Shown one piece after another: positions 15,240-34,717 of a DNA stretch of 64,000 nucleotides. The position numbers were made by a program, and so were the translations under genes. Where the stretch lies: NCBI RefSeq assembly GCF_009914755.1, contig NC_060932.1. The stretch is one strand, 5' to 3'. Under the pieces are notes generated by a model that searched no databases, had not been told where the DNA came from, and worked only from the letters and a program-made list of their open reading frames with translations. This DNA comes from the human T2T-CHM13v2.0 reference genome, Homo sapiens. The number at the start of each line of letters is the position of its first letter. Within the stretch, counting starts at the first letter, position 1.

Positions 15240-15522
15240 CACAACAGACATGAACCTTGAACACATCATTCTAAGTGAAAGAAGTCAGCAGAGAAGGTTC
15301 TGTGTTGCATGATTTTATGTGTATGAAATGTCCAGGATGGGTAAGCCCAGGGCCATGGACACCGACCGCTTAAGGGGTATGAGGTTTCCTTTTAGAGTGA
15401 TAAAAATGTCTTAAAAGTACACAGAGGTGATGGTTATACAACATCGTGAATGCGTTAAATGCCAATACATTGTACACTTTAAATAGTTGATTTCATATTA
15501 TGTAAATTTCTTCTCAGTTAAA
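15240..15522 (+). mobile_element. Old L1M 3' UTR fragment
   Basis: 'atgaaccttgaacacatcattctaagtgaaagaagtcag', 'gggtatgaggtttccttttagagtgataaaaatg', 'ttgtacactttaaa'. Confidence 0.8.
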
Positions 15523-18500
15523 TTTCATCTCTAATAGCATACGTACTTGTAGTATGTTATGCACACATCCCATAACTCAGTGAAAATAATTGCTGTTGAC
15601 TCTAAAAATAATTAGCTATCCATATTATTAATTAGCTGTATCATCTTATATCTTAGCAGTGACATCAAGGCTACCTGCCACTCCCTGGGCTCCACATGTT
15701 GGCATAGACTCCACAGATTAAGCCTCTTTCTCCCATGGACAGAGCTCCAGGAGTTTGAAGTCAGAGCTCCCGTCCCTAGAACATTTTCCTTTGGTGATGG
15801 CTCATGTTCGGGTCCTCCAGCCTTGGAGAACAAGGTGTCGCCATCCCTTCCTTGCCCAGGGCAGCCCTGGTGTGCCTGCAAGGAAGGATTCATGCCCCTC
15901 TAGGAGTGGCCTGACCAGCCAGGTGGAGATTCCCTTCTCCTGACACCACATCTGTTCTCACAGTGTCAGAAAGTGCACCCCAGCTTCCAGCACCTTTGCA
16001 CACCTTCAGCCAGGGCAGCGGGAGCTCTCCTGGACCTTCTGAATGTAAACTCCCTCCGGTCCCAGATGATATAGACACAGAGGGAGGCCATGGTCCTGCA
16101 TCCTGGCTCGTCTGTTCAAAGACTGTGTGACCTTGGGGAAGCTGCTTCACGCCTTCTGTAAAATGGAAATGGCACCACCACCCAGCACCCATCAGAGCCC
16201 AGAGGAGTTATGGCACCATGCGTGGGACTCCCCAGCAAGGTGCTTGACCCCCAGAGGGGCTCATTCAGTCTGTGCAGGTAAAAAGACCAAGAGGAAAGAG
16301 GAGGCAGTGACTGGATTTTCAAGGGTATAAGAGTGTACCTGTAGCCAAAAGGAAGTTGCTAAAAATAGCAGATATTCTACAGATGATTTCATATTAAATC
16401 TGCTCAATTTACAAGTCAAAACCTTATTACCTTCCTTTCCCACCCCTGCAGGCCTCGGGGAACCAGGCACAGATGCACACAGTGCACGGAAGAGTGAGCC
16501 CTGGGCTTTAATAGAAATCAGCCACATTCAGACACTCCAGAGAGAAGGGTTTGGCTCATCAACCTGTAGACCCAACCCCTGGGTGTGCAATGACAGTTTG
16601 ATTTGGAAAGAATGCAGACATTAGAAGCTGCATGGGGGAGGAAGTGGCATAGGGAGCAGAGAACAGAAAGGTTGAGATGCATTCCTCCAAAGAGGGGGGC
16701 ATCGACTAATTTTAAGGCAATGTTGAGGCAATGGTTTTAAGCCTATGATGAAAAGATGTTGAAATAGCTATTGAGATGTCAGCGGTCAGACCCTAACAAG
16801 AAGGTAGTGAGATACTCGGTCTTCATATATATTTAGTCCTCAACCTTACCTGCCCCTTCCCAGCCTCTATTTCCCCTAATACAGAATCTGGAAAATTATT
16901 TGACAAACTCTTGCTCAAAGATTGACCAGGAGACGAATATAACCCTGTAATCAGGACTTGAATCCAGACCATTAGGATTCTAGAACAGAGCTCATTCTAC
17001 CACAATACCTTGCTTATGCAAAATTAGCCTGTCTTCTCATTAATAAAAGAATAACAGGAGTAAGAATAATAATATATATTTTTAAGACCCCTGATTTAGG
17101 GTTCTCATAGCATTGCATCATTCTAATTAATCCATATGCCTTTTTTTCCCTGGGACAGTCTCAGTTAATATCTAGTGTCCTAGCTTCCTAGCTGAATTAA
17201 TAATAGCATCCCCATTAATTCTCAGAAGTGTCTGGCTTTGAACCATATATTATATGATTATCCAACCCACAGCAACCCTATAAGATGTGACTTATTGTCG
17301 CTTTCCATTTACAAATGAGGTGATCAAGGATGAGACAGATTATTCCAGCTATTCGGCAGAGCAGTATTCAAATCTAGTCAATCTAGAATAGAGAGTGAGC
17401 TCTAATCTCCCCCCAACCATTTCCTACCAAAATAAGTGGTTTTCAGATAGTGTCCCTTAAACCCCAGGGCAGAAGCGAGGCATTTTTTAGGATTCACTGA
17501 AGGAACACAGGAAAACCATATGGGTGGGTCTTGGGGCTTTACCACCCCCACTGTCAACAGACCAAGCCTTCTTTAGATTTTATAGATGGGGGTTCTCTGC
17601 AAGAGTTCCCTTGGGAAAAAAGGCTAATATTTAGAAAAATGAACACGATGATTTTATTTCTATATCACCACTTCCTAGAACAATGCTAAGCACACAGAGT
17701 CTCCAGTTAATACTAAATAATAGAATGAACAATAGCCCCTACCTAATAACTCCCCAGGCTGATGGATACTTTGAAAATGACTGACATAAGCTTTCTGGTG
17801 AAGAATCACATTCACGTCAGAATTCATGATCAAAATATTCATGTCAGACCCACCCAACCCCAGCATCAGAGGACATAATATGGAAATACAACAAAAGCCA
17901 TAATTGCAGAAGGTATCCCTGAGCTTACCTGGCCTTGTAGGAAGAGCATACCCTTGGCAAGGCTATAAGGAGGAGCCATGAATATATATCGTCATCCTTT
18001 GAAACTATCTAGCTAACCAGTCCCAGGCCCCCTGCAGAGTGTTTGGCACTGTATGAAGACTCAATAAATTTCAGATGGGGGAATGGATGTTGGTGTGAAT
18101 GAGATCCCTGAATCTCTCTGGAGCTCGGGCTTTGGGTGTGCTGGAAGCCCCCACAGCAAGGCTTGGCTGGGATTCTGTCTGAAATCTGCCAAGGGAGCCT
18201 GGCTAATGCTGAAGCCAGAGTCGCTCCTCAGATATTCCTGCTTGGAGGGGGCAGGAGAAATGGAGTGTCCCAGGCCAACAGATGCAAGGCAAATGATTCA
18301 GTCGCTTACTCCAGCCCCTGTCTAGAATGACCTGCTACCAAAGAGCCCTTCTGGAATAAGTGGAGAGCAGAATGCAGTGCCGTGGATCAACAGAGGGACC
18401 AGAGACTGGGTGATAGACTTGAAGCCTGGTCATTCCCATAGTCTAAGATCTCAGGATCTCTCCCAGTTTATCCCAGTCTCACCCTCCACCCACCACCATT

Positions 18501-20802
18501 AGAATGATGTGGGAGGAAGGGAAGATGAGAGGAGGAGGACTGAAGAGATGAGTCAGTGAAAAGTAGGTCAGACTCCTACTCTCCTAGCAGAATCCCAAGT
18601 GTGGAAGGAGCTGCCTGATGCAAGCTGAGGAATCCCCTGTATTCCCTTAGCACATTGTTGCTCAGCCTTTGTTTAAACCCATCCAAGACAGGGAATGTGC
18701 TACCTTCCAAGGCTGCCAGAGCCATTTCCTCCTTGAGCTACCCACTGCCTCACTCTACACGTAGGGAAGTGTCCCATCCCCCTAATTTTAAACTACTCCA
18801 AAATCCATACAATAGGTCTGTGTTCCAAAACACCAAAATGTATGAGAAATAGTGTCTCCAAATAAGGTTTGAAAACACTGCAAGACTATATGCAATTTAT
18901 TTCCTACAGTTTGATGACTTTGCTGAAACTGAACCATCAACCATTTTAAGATCTCTGATAAGATTGCAAAGGACTGTGCACTTAAGAAACAACTTAGAAA
19001 TTCACAAAATGTTTGGGATTCAAAGGGAGAGGCTTAGCAATCCTCTAATTGGGCATTTATTTACAAAATTATAAACCTAGGCAAGCTTTTATATAAAATA
19101 TTAACTGGGATTATATCAAAAGAAGCTTCCATGCTCAACCAAGTTTGGGACATGTTAGGTCAAATGTCTAGATTGCAGGACTTCTCAGAGCCTTTGAGAT
19201 GATGATTCCCTCTGTAATACTCTAAGCAGGACTAGTGCAGAATGTCTCCCTAGCTCCCTTAATTATGGAATTATTATTTTGTAGGTTATCACCTGGACTG
19301 ATTGTCTATGTTATACTCTTTGAGAAAAGCTGATCTAAGCTGATCTACCATCACTGCAACCTTAAAATCATTAAAACTTTCTGAGACTTGGTTGCTTTCT
19401 GTGCTATTTCTGTCCTACCAATGAAGACCAAGGTGGTGTAACTGTGGAAACCCTGAGCAGGCACACAGGAGGCACACGGCACTCACGTCGCCTTTCTTTC
19501 CCAGTCAGTGACAGCCACGTGCTTAAAAGAAACCCATCTGTTTACCAGCCCAGGTTATGAGCCAAATGCTGGTCCCAGTGACAATCTCATATCTATTTTC
19601 TCAGCCTTCAACAAATAAGAAAGAAAAATGGCCTTTTAACCTCAGCTGACATAGCAATGGGACCTGGAAAAGCAATGGATGAGAATCTGTCTGTTCAATG
19701 CAATATTTTCCTACAGAGATAACAACCAATTGCATTTCCTTTCTTAAGAGCCAGTGATGAATGTGACTGATGGGCAAGAAATACCACTCCTGGGTAATAC
19801 ATTTTAGGGTAAAGCTATGATACCAAACTCACCCCATCATTTCTGAGAACCGTCTGGCTTAAGTGGATCATCACAGAAAGTATCAGCATTCTGGGAACTC
19901 AGGCATGGTTTTCCCAGGTAAGCTCTGCTCTCCACAGATATTTATTCTGCTCAGATACCAGTCCGCTTACAAAGAGTTACCACTGTCTACTGTATGCCTG
20001 TCCCTGGTGTGTGTGTGTCTGTGTGTGTGTGTGAGGAGGGTGGGAGGTGGAGACAGACAGAGACAGAGAGTGAGAGCTGGTGCTGAAGTTCCACGGGCAA
20101 AAGGGCTCTTACGCAGAGAAAACAAAGAGAAGGAATAGCTGCAGGTCAACTCCAAAATCACTGGGGGCTTAGAAATCCGCAGACTCAGCAGTACCTGGAA
20201 CACTGTCTTTTTTTTCAACAGACTCAATCCTTCCTTCCCTTGGGTGTGAAATACAAAGGGTATTTCTGGTATTGTATAAAGGCCTATGAAGTCAGGGCAC
20301 TTAATGACAAGGGATTTCTCAGTTTTTCGTGGGAAATAGAATCCACATTCAAGAAGTTAACTGGGAAGAATGTTCATTTCTGATTCTGTGCTCAGCTCTT
20401 GATGTTTTTGACCCAGGTGTGTAAGGACCAGATGGCTTCTGTTTACTGTAGCTCACCTCAGGCAAAACCCACAATTCTGTTATGTCTGCACCCTCAAATA
20501 ACCATTATAAACAACATAGCCAGAGACTCTGGGACCAGACCTTGCATTCAGTGATTCCCCTACATTAACTCACCTCTACGCAGAGAAGTAGGTGCTCCCT
20601 GTTGAAGATGATAAAACCAAGATACAAAGAGAGTAAATAACTTGGCCAAGGTCCAAAAGTAGGAAGGGACAGGACTGGAATTCACTGTGGCATTCTGACT
20701 CCAGAACTGCTGTTCTCAGTCACTATACTACACTACCAAGGTTATCATCCCAGTGCAAAAGTGAATAATGCAAGTTAAATTAGAATTTGTGAGGAAATGA
20801 GC

Positions 20803-21157
20803 ACTATGGACTGAATGTTTGTGTTTTCCAAACAATTCACATGGTAAAGCCCTAACCCCTGATGTGATGGTTTTTGGAGGTGGAGTTTTGGGGAGGCCAT
20901 TAGATCATGAAGGTGGAAACTCTCAAGGGAGATGAGTGACCTTACAAGAAGAAACATGAAAGAGATGATCTTTCTCTCTGCCACGTGAGGACACAGCAAA
21001 AAGACGGCCATCTGCAAACTGAAGCAGGCCCTTACTAAATGGCAAATCAGCTCGTACCTTGATCGTGGAGACCCCAGCCTCAGAACTGTGAGAAATAAGT
21101 GTTTGCTGTTTAAGCCATCCTGTCTATGGTATTTGTTATAGCATCCTGAACTAAAAT
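20803..21157 (+). mobile_element. MLT1A/MSTD-like MaLR LTR
   Basis: 'ctatggactgaatgtttgtg...gtgaggacacagcaaaaagacggccatctgcaa...cagaactgtgagaaataagtgtttgctgtttaagcca'. Confidence 0.85.
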
Positions 21158-21830
21158 GAGAAAATATTTATCTCACTTACTCCACAGCAAAACATACTGA
21201 TGATCCAATGAGACAACTCCTTACCAGTTCCTTTCCAGAGGCAAACCCCTTCTCTCCCTCTTCCCATTCAACCCTTCAAATGTCCAGACAAAGCCCTCTC
21301 ACCTTCCATTCCCATGCTTTTACGTGAGAGAACCAGCCCTGCAGGTAGACAGACCCATCACCAACCTTGGAGAACAACCTGGATATCATTCATGATATCC
21401 AAGTCAAGTCTATTGGGAGGGTTCATTCAAACAGGTCACCAAATTGTTGATTCTCAACAACATAGAGTTCTTCATACAAAAAGGAGTCTGCTGCTATGAA
21501 ATATAAAGTTTCCTCATATTGTTACACAGGGATTATTTGATTTAATCCTTATAACAATCTATAAAAAATTCATAAATGTTTATCTCTGCTCTGCAGATAA
21601 GAAAACTGAGCTAGAGAAGGTTGACAAGGCATCCCAATACCAATGGAGAGTGGGGCTGGACCATGACCTTTTGCTCTAGGCAGAGCAACCCTGAAAACTT
21701 GGTCCCTTTAGCACATTCTGTGCCTCTTCTGAATGGTTATCTGCCCATTCCCCTCCCCCAAAGACCTACACCTCAGTGTTCATCCAGTGTTTCATGCAGC
21801 AAATTTTCTAAGCTGTTCATTGGTATGAGG

Positions 21831-22012
21831 CAGAGGTTCTCAACTAGATGTCGGAGGCAACTTTGCCAGCAATGTCTGAAAACATTTTTTAATTTTCAAT
21901 ACTGGAGGGAGCCATCAGCATTTAGTGTGTAGAAGACAGATGTGTGGATAAACATCCTAACATGAATAGGGCAGTACTTGCACAACAATAGTATTAAGGT
22001 TGAGAAATCCTA
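21831..22012. mobile_element. MER20-like hAT element
   Basis: Inverted termini cagaggttctcaac / ggttgagaaatcct with internal 'gcaatgtctgaaaacatttt' and 'taaacatccta'. Confidence 0.75.
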
Positions 22013-22487
22013 GGAACAGGATACACAAAGAAAATTATAGGTAATCTTACACCATTTTGAGTGATTTTCTTATATTCAATTATAGGTATACCTTGGTGAT
22101 GTTGCAGGTTCAGTGCCAGACCACCACAATAAAGCAAATATCACTAAATATTTGCTATTTAAATAAAATAAATAAATAATAAAAATAACTATTCATGGAT
22201 TTTTTTGGTTTCTCAGTGCATATAAAAGTTATGTTCGCACTATAATGTAGTCTATTAAGTGTGCAATGCCATTATGTTTAATTAAAAAAATGCACACATC
22301 TTATTTAAAACTATGTTATTGCTAAAAAATTATAATAAACATCTGAACCTTCAGTGAGCCATATCTTTTGCTGATGGAGAGTCTTGCCTCAATGTTGATG
22401 GCTGCTGACTGATCGGGGTAATAGTTGCTGAAGGTTAAGGTGACTGTGACAAATTCTTAAAATAAGACAACAATGAAGTTTGCCATG

Positions 22488-23111
22488 TCATTGGACCCTT
22501 CCTTTCATGAAAGATCTCTCTGTAGCATGTGATAGCATGCTTGCTAACATTTTACCCAAAGTAGAACGTTTTTCAGAATTAGAGTAAATCCTCCCAAATC
22601 CTACAGCTGCCTTATCAACTAAGATTATAGAATATTTTAAACCCTCTGTTGTCATTTCAACAATGACAACGACTTCACCAGGAGTACAGTTCATCTCAAG
22701 ACACCACTTTCTTTGCTCACTCATAAGAAGCAACTTCTCATCCATCAAAGTTTTATCATGAGATTGTAGCAGTTCAGTCACATCTTCAGGCTCCACTTCT
22801 AATTGTAGTTATCTTTCTACTTCTAACACATCTACAGTTACTTCTTCCACTGAAGTTTTGAACCTCTTAAAGTCATCCATGAGGGTTGCTATTAACTTCG
22901 TCCAAAGTTCTGTTAACGTTGATATTTTTACCTCCTCCCATGAATCACCAATGTTCTTAATGGCAGCTAAAATTATGAATCCTTTCCAGAAAGTTTTCAA
23001 TTTACTTTTCCCAAATCCAGCAGAGGAATCACTATCTATTGCAGCTATAGCCTCACTAAATGTATTTCTTAAATAATAAAACTTGAAAGTCAAAATTACC
23101 CCCTGATCCAC
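22488..23111 (-). pseudogene. Tigger1 transposase C-terminal remnant (disrupted)
   Basis: ORFs '[18 protein letters not shown]...KLKTFWKGF' and '[19 protein letters not shown]' match pogo/Tigger1 (TIGD1-like) transposase; split by a stop and interrupted upstream by L1. Confidence 0.85.
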
Positions 23112-23213
23112 GGGTTTCAGAATTGATGTTGTGCTAGCAGGCTTGAAAACAAATTAATCTCCATCAGAGTGCTTGGGTGAACAGGTGCATTCTCAATGAG
23201 TAGTAATATTCTT

Positions 23214-25922
<2,709 letters not shown>

Positions 25923-26537
25923 TAATATTCTTAGAGGAATCTTTTTTTACTTTCTGAGCCGTAGGTTTCAACACTGGCCTTAAATATTCAGTAAACCATA
26001 CTATAAATAGATGTGCTGTAATCCAGGCTTTGTTGTTCCATTTCTAGAGCACAGGCAGAGTAGATTTAGTGTAATTCTTAAGGACCCTAGGATTTTTGGA
26101 ACGGGAAATGAATATTGGCTTCAACTTAAAGTCATCAGCTGCAATAGCCCCTAACAAAAGACGTCAGCCTTGGAAGCTTTGAAGCCAGGCAATGACTTCT
26201 CCTCTCTAGTTATCAAAGGTTTTTATGGCATCTTTTTCCTCTATAAGGCTGTTTTTATCTACACTGAAAATCTGTTCCTTAGGGTAGCCACCTTCATCAG
26301 TGATTTCAGCTAGATCTTCTAACTTCTAACTGATAACTTGCTGCAGCTTCTATATCAGTACTTGTTCCTTCACCTTGCAATTTAATGTTATAGAGATGGT
26401 TTCTTTCGTTAAACCCTCATTAATCAACCTCTGCTGGCTTCCAAATTTTTTTCTGCAGCTTTCTCACCTCTCTCAGCCACTATAGAATTGAAAAGAGTTA
26501 GGGCCTTGCTCTGGATTTTGCTTCTACTTAAGGGAAT

Positions 26538-26900
26538 TTTTTAGTCCATTCTCACAGTGTCATAAATATACTACCTGAGACTGGATAATTTATGATCAAT
26601 ATAGGTTTAATTGACTCACAGTCTTGCATGGCTGGGGGGCCTTAGGAAACTTACAATCATGGCAGAAGGTGAAGAGGAAGCAAAGCACGGCTTACATGGA
26701 AGCAGGAGAGAGAGCAAGAGCACAGGGGAACTGCCACTTTTAAACCATCAGATCTCATAAGGACTCCCTCACTACCATGAGAACATCATGGGGGAAATCA
26801 CCCCCATGATCCAGTTACCTCTCACCAGGTCCCTCTCTTGACATGTGCGGTTACAATCTGAGATGAGATTTGGGTAGGGACACAGAGCCAAAACATATCA
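26538..26900 (-). mobile_element. MSTA-like MaLR solo LTR inside Tigger1
   Basis: 'ttagtccattctcac...ctacctgagactggataattta' to 'gccaaaacatatca'; TSD ggaat (26533-26537, 26901-26905). Confidence 0.92.
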
Positions 26901-27600
26901 GGAATGCTGTGGCTTGTTTGGTCTTCTATTCAAACCACAAAAACTTTCTCCATTTCAGCGATTAGGCTATTTTGCTTGCTTTTCATCTGTTAACTGAAAA
27001 AGTGATTTTAAATGTTCTTCAAGACCTTTTCCTTTATATTTACAACTTGACTACTGTTTGGCAAAAGAGGCCTAGCTTTCAGTTGATCTCAGCTTTTGAC
27101 ATGCCTTCCTCACAAAGCTTAATCATTTCTAGCTTTTAGTTTAAAGCGAGAAACATGCGACACTTCCTTTCACTTGTCCACTTAGAGGACACTGTAGGGT
27201 TATTAATTGGCCGATTTTCAGTATTGTTGTGTCTCCAGGATTAGGGAGGGCCAACAAGAGGAGAAAGATGGGGGAAGGGCCGGTAGGTGGAGCAGTCAGA
27301 ACACACACGACATTTATCAATTAAGTTCACGGTCTTACATGGGCATGCTTCATGGCAGCCAAAACAATTACAATAGTAACATCAAAGAAGACTAATCATG
27401 GATCACCGCAGCAGACATAAAAATAATGAAAAGGTATGAAAATTGTGAGAATCAGCAATATGGGACACAGAGACACAAAGTGAGCACATGCTGTTGGAAA
27501 AAAATAAATGGTGCCAATAGACTTGCTGGAGGCAGGGTTGCCACAAACCTTTAATTTGTAAAAATTGCATCACCTAGGAAGGACAATAAAGTAAAGAGCA

Positions 27601-27905
<305 letters not shown>

Positions 27906-28531
27906 GTGATGTATGCAAGAAGAGGATATGGAAGTCTGAGAGTTGACCAAGGTCATAAAGCTAGGACTTGAACCCCAAAGTTCAGCTTCAGGGCCCACAT
28001 TCTAAACTGTCGTTGCATTGCCTTTCACAGTTGAATGAGACACTGTCAATATTTTATACTGCTGGTGAGAGTGAAAAGGTTCTGCAGCAAGGACAGGATG
28101 GTGCCTGGAGCTGCCACTGTAAAGGCTGACTTAGAGAAAGCAGATATTTTTCTAAGCGGGGCTTACATATTACCAGGAAGGGCTCCAGGAGGAGGAGAGG
28201 TTGAAAAGACTCTGAGGTGAAGTCCTTGGTGGCATAAAATGACCACACCCCTGAGACTTCCCTGATTCCCAAATGCAATGCAGTTTGTGTAGCAGGCTGC
28301 TTCTAAGATAGCCCCAGTGAGCCCTGTTCCTGGTGTCGATGCCCTTGTGTGATCCTAAGGATTCTGGCTTCTACCTTGCTTGATCTCTCTTGCTTGGTCA
28401 GATGAAAGGCAAGTGCCATGTTGTAAACTGCCTTATGGAACTGGCGATATAGCCAAGGGACTGAGGGAAGCTTCCAGACAACAGCCTGTGGGAACAGAAT
28501 CCTACCCACAGCAATTTGAGTGAACTTAGGA

Positions 28532-30255
<1,724 letters not shown>

Positions 30256-30639
30256 GGAAGTGAGTCCTTCTTAAGAGGACTGCAGCCCCAGGCAACGCAT
30301 TAATTGCAGCTTAGTCAGAGACTCAGGCAGATAATCCAGCTAAGTCACACCCAGATTCCTGATCACAGACATTGTGACAAAATAAACGTTTTTGTTTCAA
30401 GCTGCTAACCTTGGGGGGTAATTTGTTACACAGCAGAGAAGACTAATAAAGTGTTCACATCAGATTCTTCCAACACACTTCTTCAGGTCCTCTGGGACTC
30501 ACCTGGCTCCAAATCCAGTTATCTTTGAGGTGACCAGTCTTGCTTGGGCTCCAGTCACCTTCATGCAGGTGGAATCTGGTCCGACTTTGCTTCTGTCTTA
30601 TATTGTACCTGTCTCCTCCCACCTGCCTTGCACCCACGC

Positions 30640-30977
30640 ATGTCTATTTTGCAGATAAGTTAACTTGCTATGGTGCAAATCTTTGACCAGAGGGCAATGG
30701 AACAATGGATAATACATGATTTCCCCTTTCCTTTTTCCTGGAAATGGCATCCTGAGATACATTTCTTACTGCTTTTCAGGAACTGTTGTATGGTAACTGT
30801 GAAAGTATGCAACAATACCTACAGAGACAGCCACCTGGCAACACTTGCATCAGCAATCTCTCCTTCCATGATTTGCTTCCTGACTCTCTCTCCTGCTCCC
30901 TGGGATCACATCTCCCAAAACTGCATGTGCAGAAGCCTTTGTTGGGCTGTGATTTCTGGGCAATCTAAGCTAGGATG
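30640..30977 (+). mobile_element. Possible LTR16-type ERVL LTR remnant
   Basis: 'cctgctccctgggatcacatctccca...gatttctgggcaatctaagctagga' resembles LTR16 3' ends; boundaries uncertain. Confidence 0.45.
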
Positions 30978-32118
30978 GACATTGTCTAATACATCAGAGA
31001 TGCTCAGTCAGTGAAACTATCAAGCCTCTTCTCTGTATGGTTGAGTGACCCGGACCGTATTCCTTTTAATTTGAAAGTTTTATAATTCCCTATATTTTTA
31101 TTTTGTTCTTATAGCCTCTTTCTTATCTTCATGAGAGAAGATAACAAAATGGAAGACACAAAGCAGTTCAGTGAACAAGTTTCAAATAGAATTGATGAAG
31201 TTTTTCCCTCCTAACTCACTCTCCTGTAACTCCTTCCACCCATTCCCTCCCTTGCTCTTCATTCCTTATTGGTACTTTCCAGTGTAGAGTTCCCCTGTCT
31301 CATCACCCTTTCATACTTCCAAGTCTTTGCTCATCTACTCCCCCTGCCACAAATAGCATCCAAATTTCTAGTTAATTATTATGTATTTTTAATGATACCA
31401 CTTTAAAGTTTGTCTCATCCAGCAACTTAGGAAGCCTTCTCTAAAAACCTCCCTTTGGACGAAGTGTTCCTTCTCTGAGATCTCAGAAGAACCTAGAACA
31501 TCTGACTGCCTTATTCATTTTTCATAAAAAACATTATAAACTTTGCTGGAACAACAACCATAGTATATTCATCTAACACCTTCAGTGCTTAATACTCTTC
31601 ATTGAATGAATGAATAAATCCAATAAAGCAAGAAGAATGACTAAAACCAATTTTCCCTTGAATGTCGTGCTGACAATTTCAACATAAATCTGAAAGCTAC
31701 TCAATTCTGTGTTGAAAGTTAGGGTGACTGGAATAAAAACTCACACTCTTTCAACCAGTTCCATATTCAGCCTGCACCCAGTTTGCTGTTATCAGTGCAG
31801 TTCAGCAAGGCAGACAATCTGGCCCTCCTCCTCTAGCACTTCAGAGCTTATGAGATGACATGGTAAAACGTGCAGAATAAACCTGGGGGGGTGGGTGACA
31901 AGCATTTTTCACCTCCCCTCTTGCCTTGGCTAGGCCTACACCCTTCACTTCCCAATATCCCACCTCTAACATCAACCTTATTTTCAAGAGTGAGAGCATG
32001 AAGTGTCCAAAGTTCTACAACCTTGGAAATGTCTACAGATCAATGACTTTTGAGACCAAAGAATGTGTGTGATAATTTAATAAATACAATATGCTTAAGT
32101 TCCCCTGTTCACACACAA

Positions 32119-32121
<3 letters not shown>

Positions 32122-32170
<49 letters not shown>
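32122..32170. repeat. (TA)n microsatellite
   Basis: About 24 perfect AT units. Confidence 0.97.
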
Positions 32171-32175
<5 letters not shown>

Positions 32176-34717
32176 AAAAATATATAAGAAGCTCATTAGC
32201 ACTTGAGACAGTTCATTCTGTTTCTACCTAAATAATGAATATAGAGGATATCTGATATATTATTTTCTAGGTTGTGACCTGTGACAAGTCAGCTCACCCA
32301 CTGAGCCTCAATTTTCTCATCCATACAACTGAACCATATGTGCCTGCATGACCTTGTACAAAGGATGATAGCAGCAATCACAGGAATGAATGGAGAACAA
32401 CTTTGAAACATGAAGAGATGTTTTCTTCTAGTACAGACTGTTGTTCCTGTTCTACCTATAATCTAGGGCCATTGGGCATTCTTCATTCCCGAAACACCCC
32501 CCAAAAGAGATGGTGCATTAGAATTGCAGACATAAGAAGAGAATAGTTTATCCTTAATTTTAAGTTTTCAAACAGACTTTTGAATTTAATGAGTAAGATT
32601 TTAATTTAATAACAAAGAATTTGAAACTTCAAAACTCCAGGAATTTGGCCATGAATAGTAGCTTCAAGAGATTATTAACTGATTAATTTTTTTCCCCACT
32701 CTTCAACCTAAAAACTGGATAGAGTTTGATTGGACTAAGAGAATCTGAGACAGAGTCAAAGGGGAAGTGAAGATGGCTGTAGCACTTACCAGTCCCCCAC
32801 TAAGAGGCTCCATGCATGCTCTCACCCCACCTTCAAACCTGGCTGAGTGTCCTAATTCTAAAGAAAAAAACATGAAATGACATGGAGGAATCTCTGTGCA
32901 GAGATGATCTGTGTCCTCATCCCTCATTCGAATTTGGGCACACAGCAGGTCCCTGAGTTCTCCAAGCACCAAATGGTTTCCTATCAAAGGACCTTAAAGG
33001 GTCCAGAATCCAGAAGTAGCAACTCGGGATAAGCAGTGAGAAGTTAATGACTGAGGATCCTATGGGAAGATGTAAAACTCAAAGGATGCTGGTGAGGAAG
33101 ATAATGATCACAAGCTAAATACTCAATCCCCATGCTCAATTCTCAACTCCAATACTATAGCTCTCTGGAAATCCAAGAACTTGGTTTCAACCTCACAGAA
33201 AAGTGAGGAGAAATTCTTGATTTTGCTGTTGTTGTTAATCTATGGCCTGGAGATTAGAATAAAAATGAGGTTCAACTACAAAAAACAGCTCCATTTTTGC
33301 AAATCTAAGTTGGTGGGCTATGTTACCATGAGTAAAGGGACTCACACAGCATCTGGCCCAGAGCAGGTGTCCTGTTATTAACAGCTCCCTTCCCACAATG
33401 TTGAACTGACTCTGACCTCACAACACTCTCATAGCTCCCAGTTTAGCTCTCGTGGTGACAAAGACAAATGATTTAATCATAGAGTCTTTGCCCAGTATGG
33501 AACTTTCCAGGCCAGCTCTCTCAATTTAGAGTTTGGAACCTGAGACCCAGGGATGGGGAGAGACACTGCCAGACACAGCGAAGTAGCATCAGAGATAGGA
33601 GGGAAGCTCAGGTCTCCTGAATTTATGTTACAACTCTTTCCATTTCCCATGAAGCTTCCCAAGGAAAAAAGCCGAGGATGACTTTGCAGGAGATCATCAA
33701 TAATTTAATTGGTGGAAGACAGAAGGGCAAGAGGGAGTTAATTAGTGTGAAGAGCTAATCAAGACAATATGGCCCCAAGGGGAATCCTAATACTCTCCAG
33801 CATCTGAGAATGAATGACAGTGACATAGTAACAAGTTGCTCTGATCCTTCACATCCCCATAGGCCCATCTCCTGAAATATGTTTCACATGGTTATGTGTT
33901 TATCAAATATCTCCATTGGTTTCACGGTGTCTAGAAACTAAAATTCTACTTCTTTGGCATAGCAGTCAAAGCCCTCTCTGTTCTTCCCTCAATGCCCTTT
34001 GCTAGCCTCAATGTTCTCTGCAGCCTTTTGGACAACCTCCTCTCCCTTCCCTTGGAGCATTCATGCCTGGTCCTCAATTTTTTGCCCAGTCTGCAAGACT
34101 CTCTTTCTTCATCCTCCCTCATGTATCAAAATTCAGCTCAGTTTGTAAGGCACAGTTTAGATGGCACTTTCCCTTGATCCCCCAGGACAAAATAAATCTT
34201 AATTCTCTGTACTTTTGGAGTACAAAACTAGGAGAATAGTAAAGCAGAGCAATAGAGAGGTTAAAGCACAGGAGCTTAAGTCAAACAGACCAGCCACTTA
34301 CTAGTTACATGATCCTTAGCAAATTCCCTAACCTCCCTGAACCTTTAATTTGCAAAATGAGATATTAATGTTGTCACCTCCTAAGGGCATGTGACTTACA
34401 TAATACATAAGACCTGTTGTTTTGCACAATGTTTGGTACTTGTTTTATTTCATCCAGTCTAATACAGCTGGAGTAAAATATAATAATATGCATAATCATA
34501 TTTTAATGCCTCACTTTTTATCTTGTGTTATCATCCTTTTAGTCTATCTTTTCCCCTTCTCTGTATAAGTTCCAGAGGGTCAGATTTATGTCTTGCTCAT
34601 TCACTCATTCAAAAATTAGTTATTATACACCAATGTATGTCAGATATTCTTCTAAGCACTGGAGATACTGAGCTGAAACCAAACAAACATAATTCCTATT
34701 CCCAAAGATTTTACTTT

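Noticed and set aside
7430-19350. Short tandem duplications (about 7433-7462, 9806-9837, 11293-11338, 19328-19348)
   Set aside because: Ordinary 10-22 bp slippage duplications with no further structure.
22488-23111. TIGD1-like host gene
   Set aside because: It lies in a decayed Tigger1 copy with a stop and three nested insertions.
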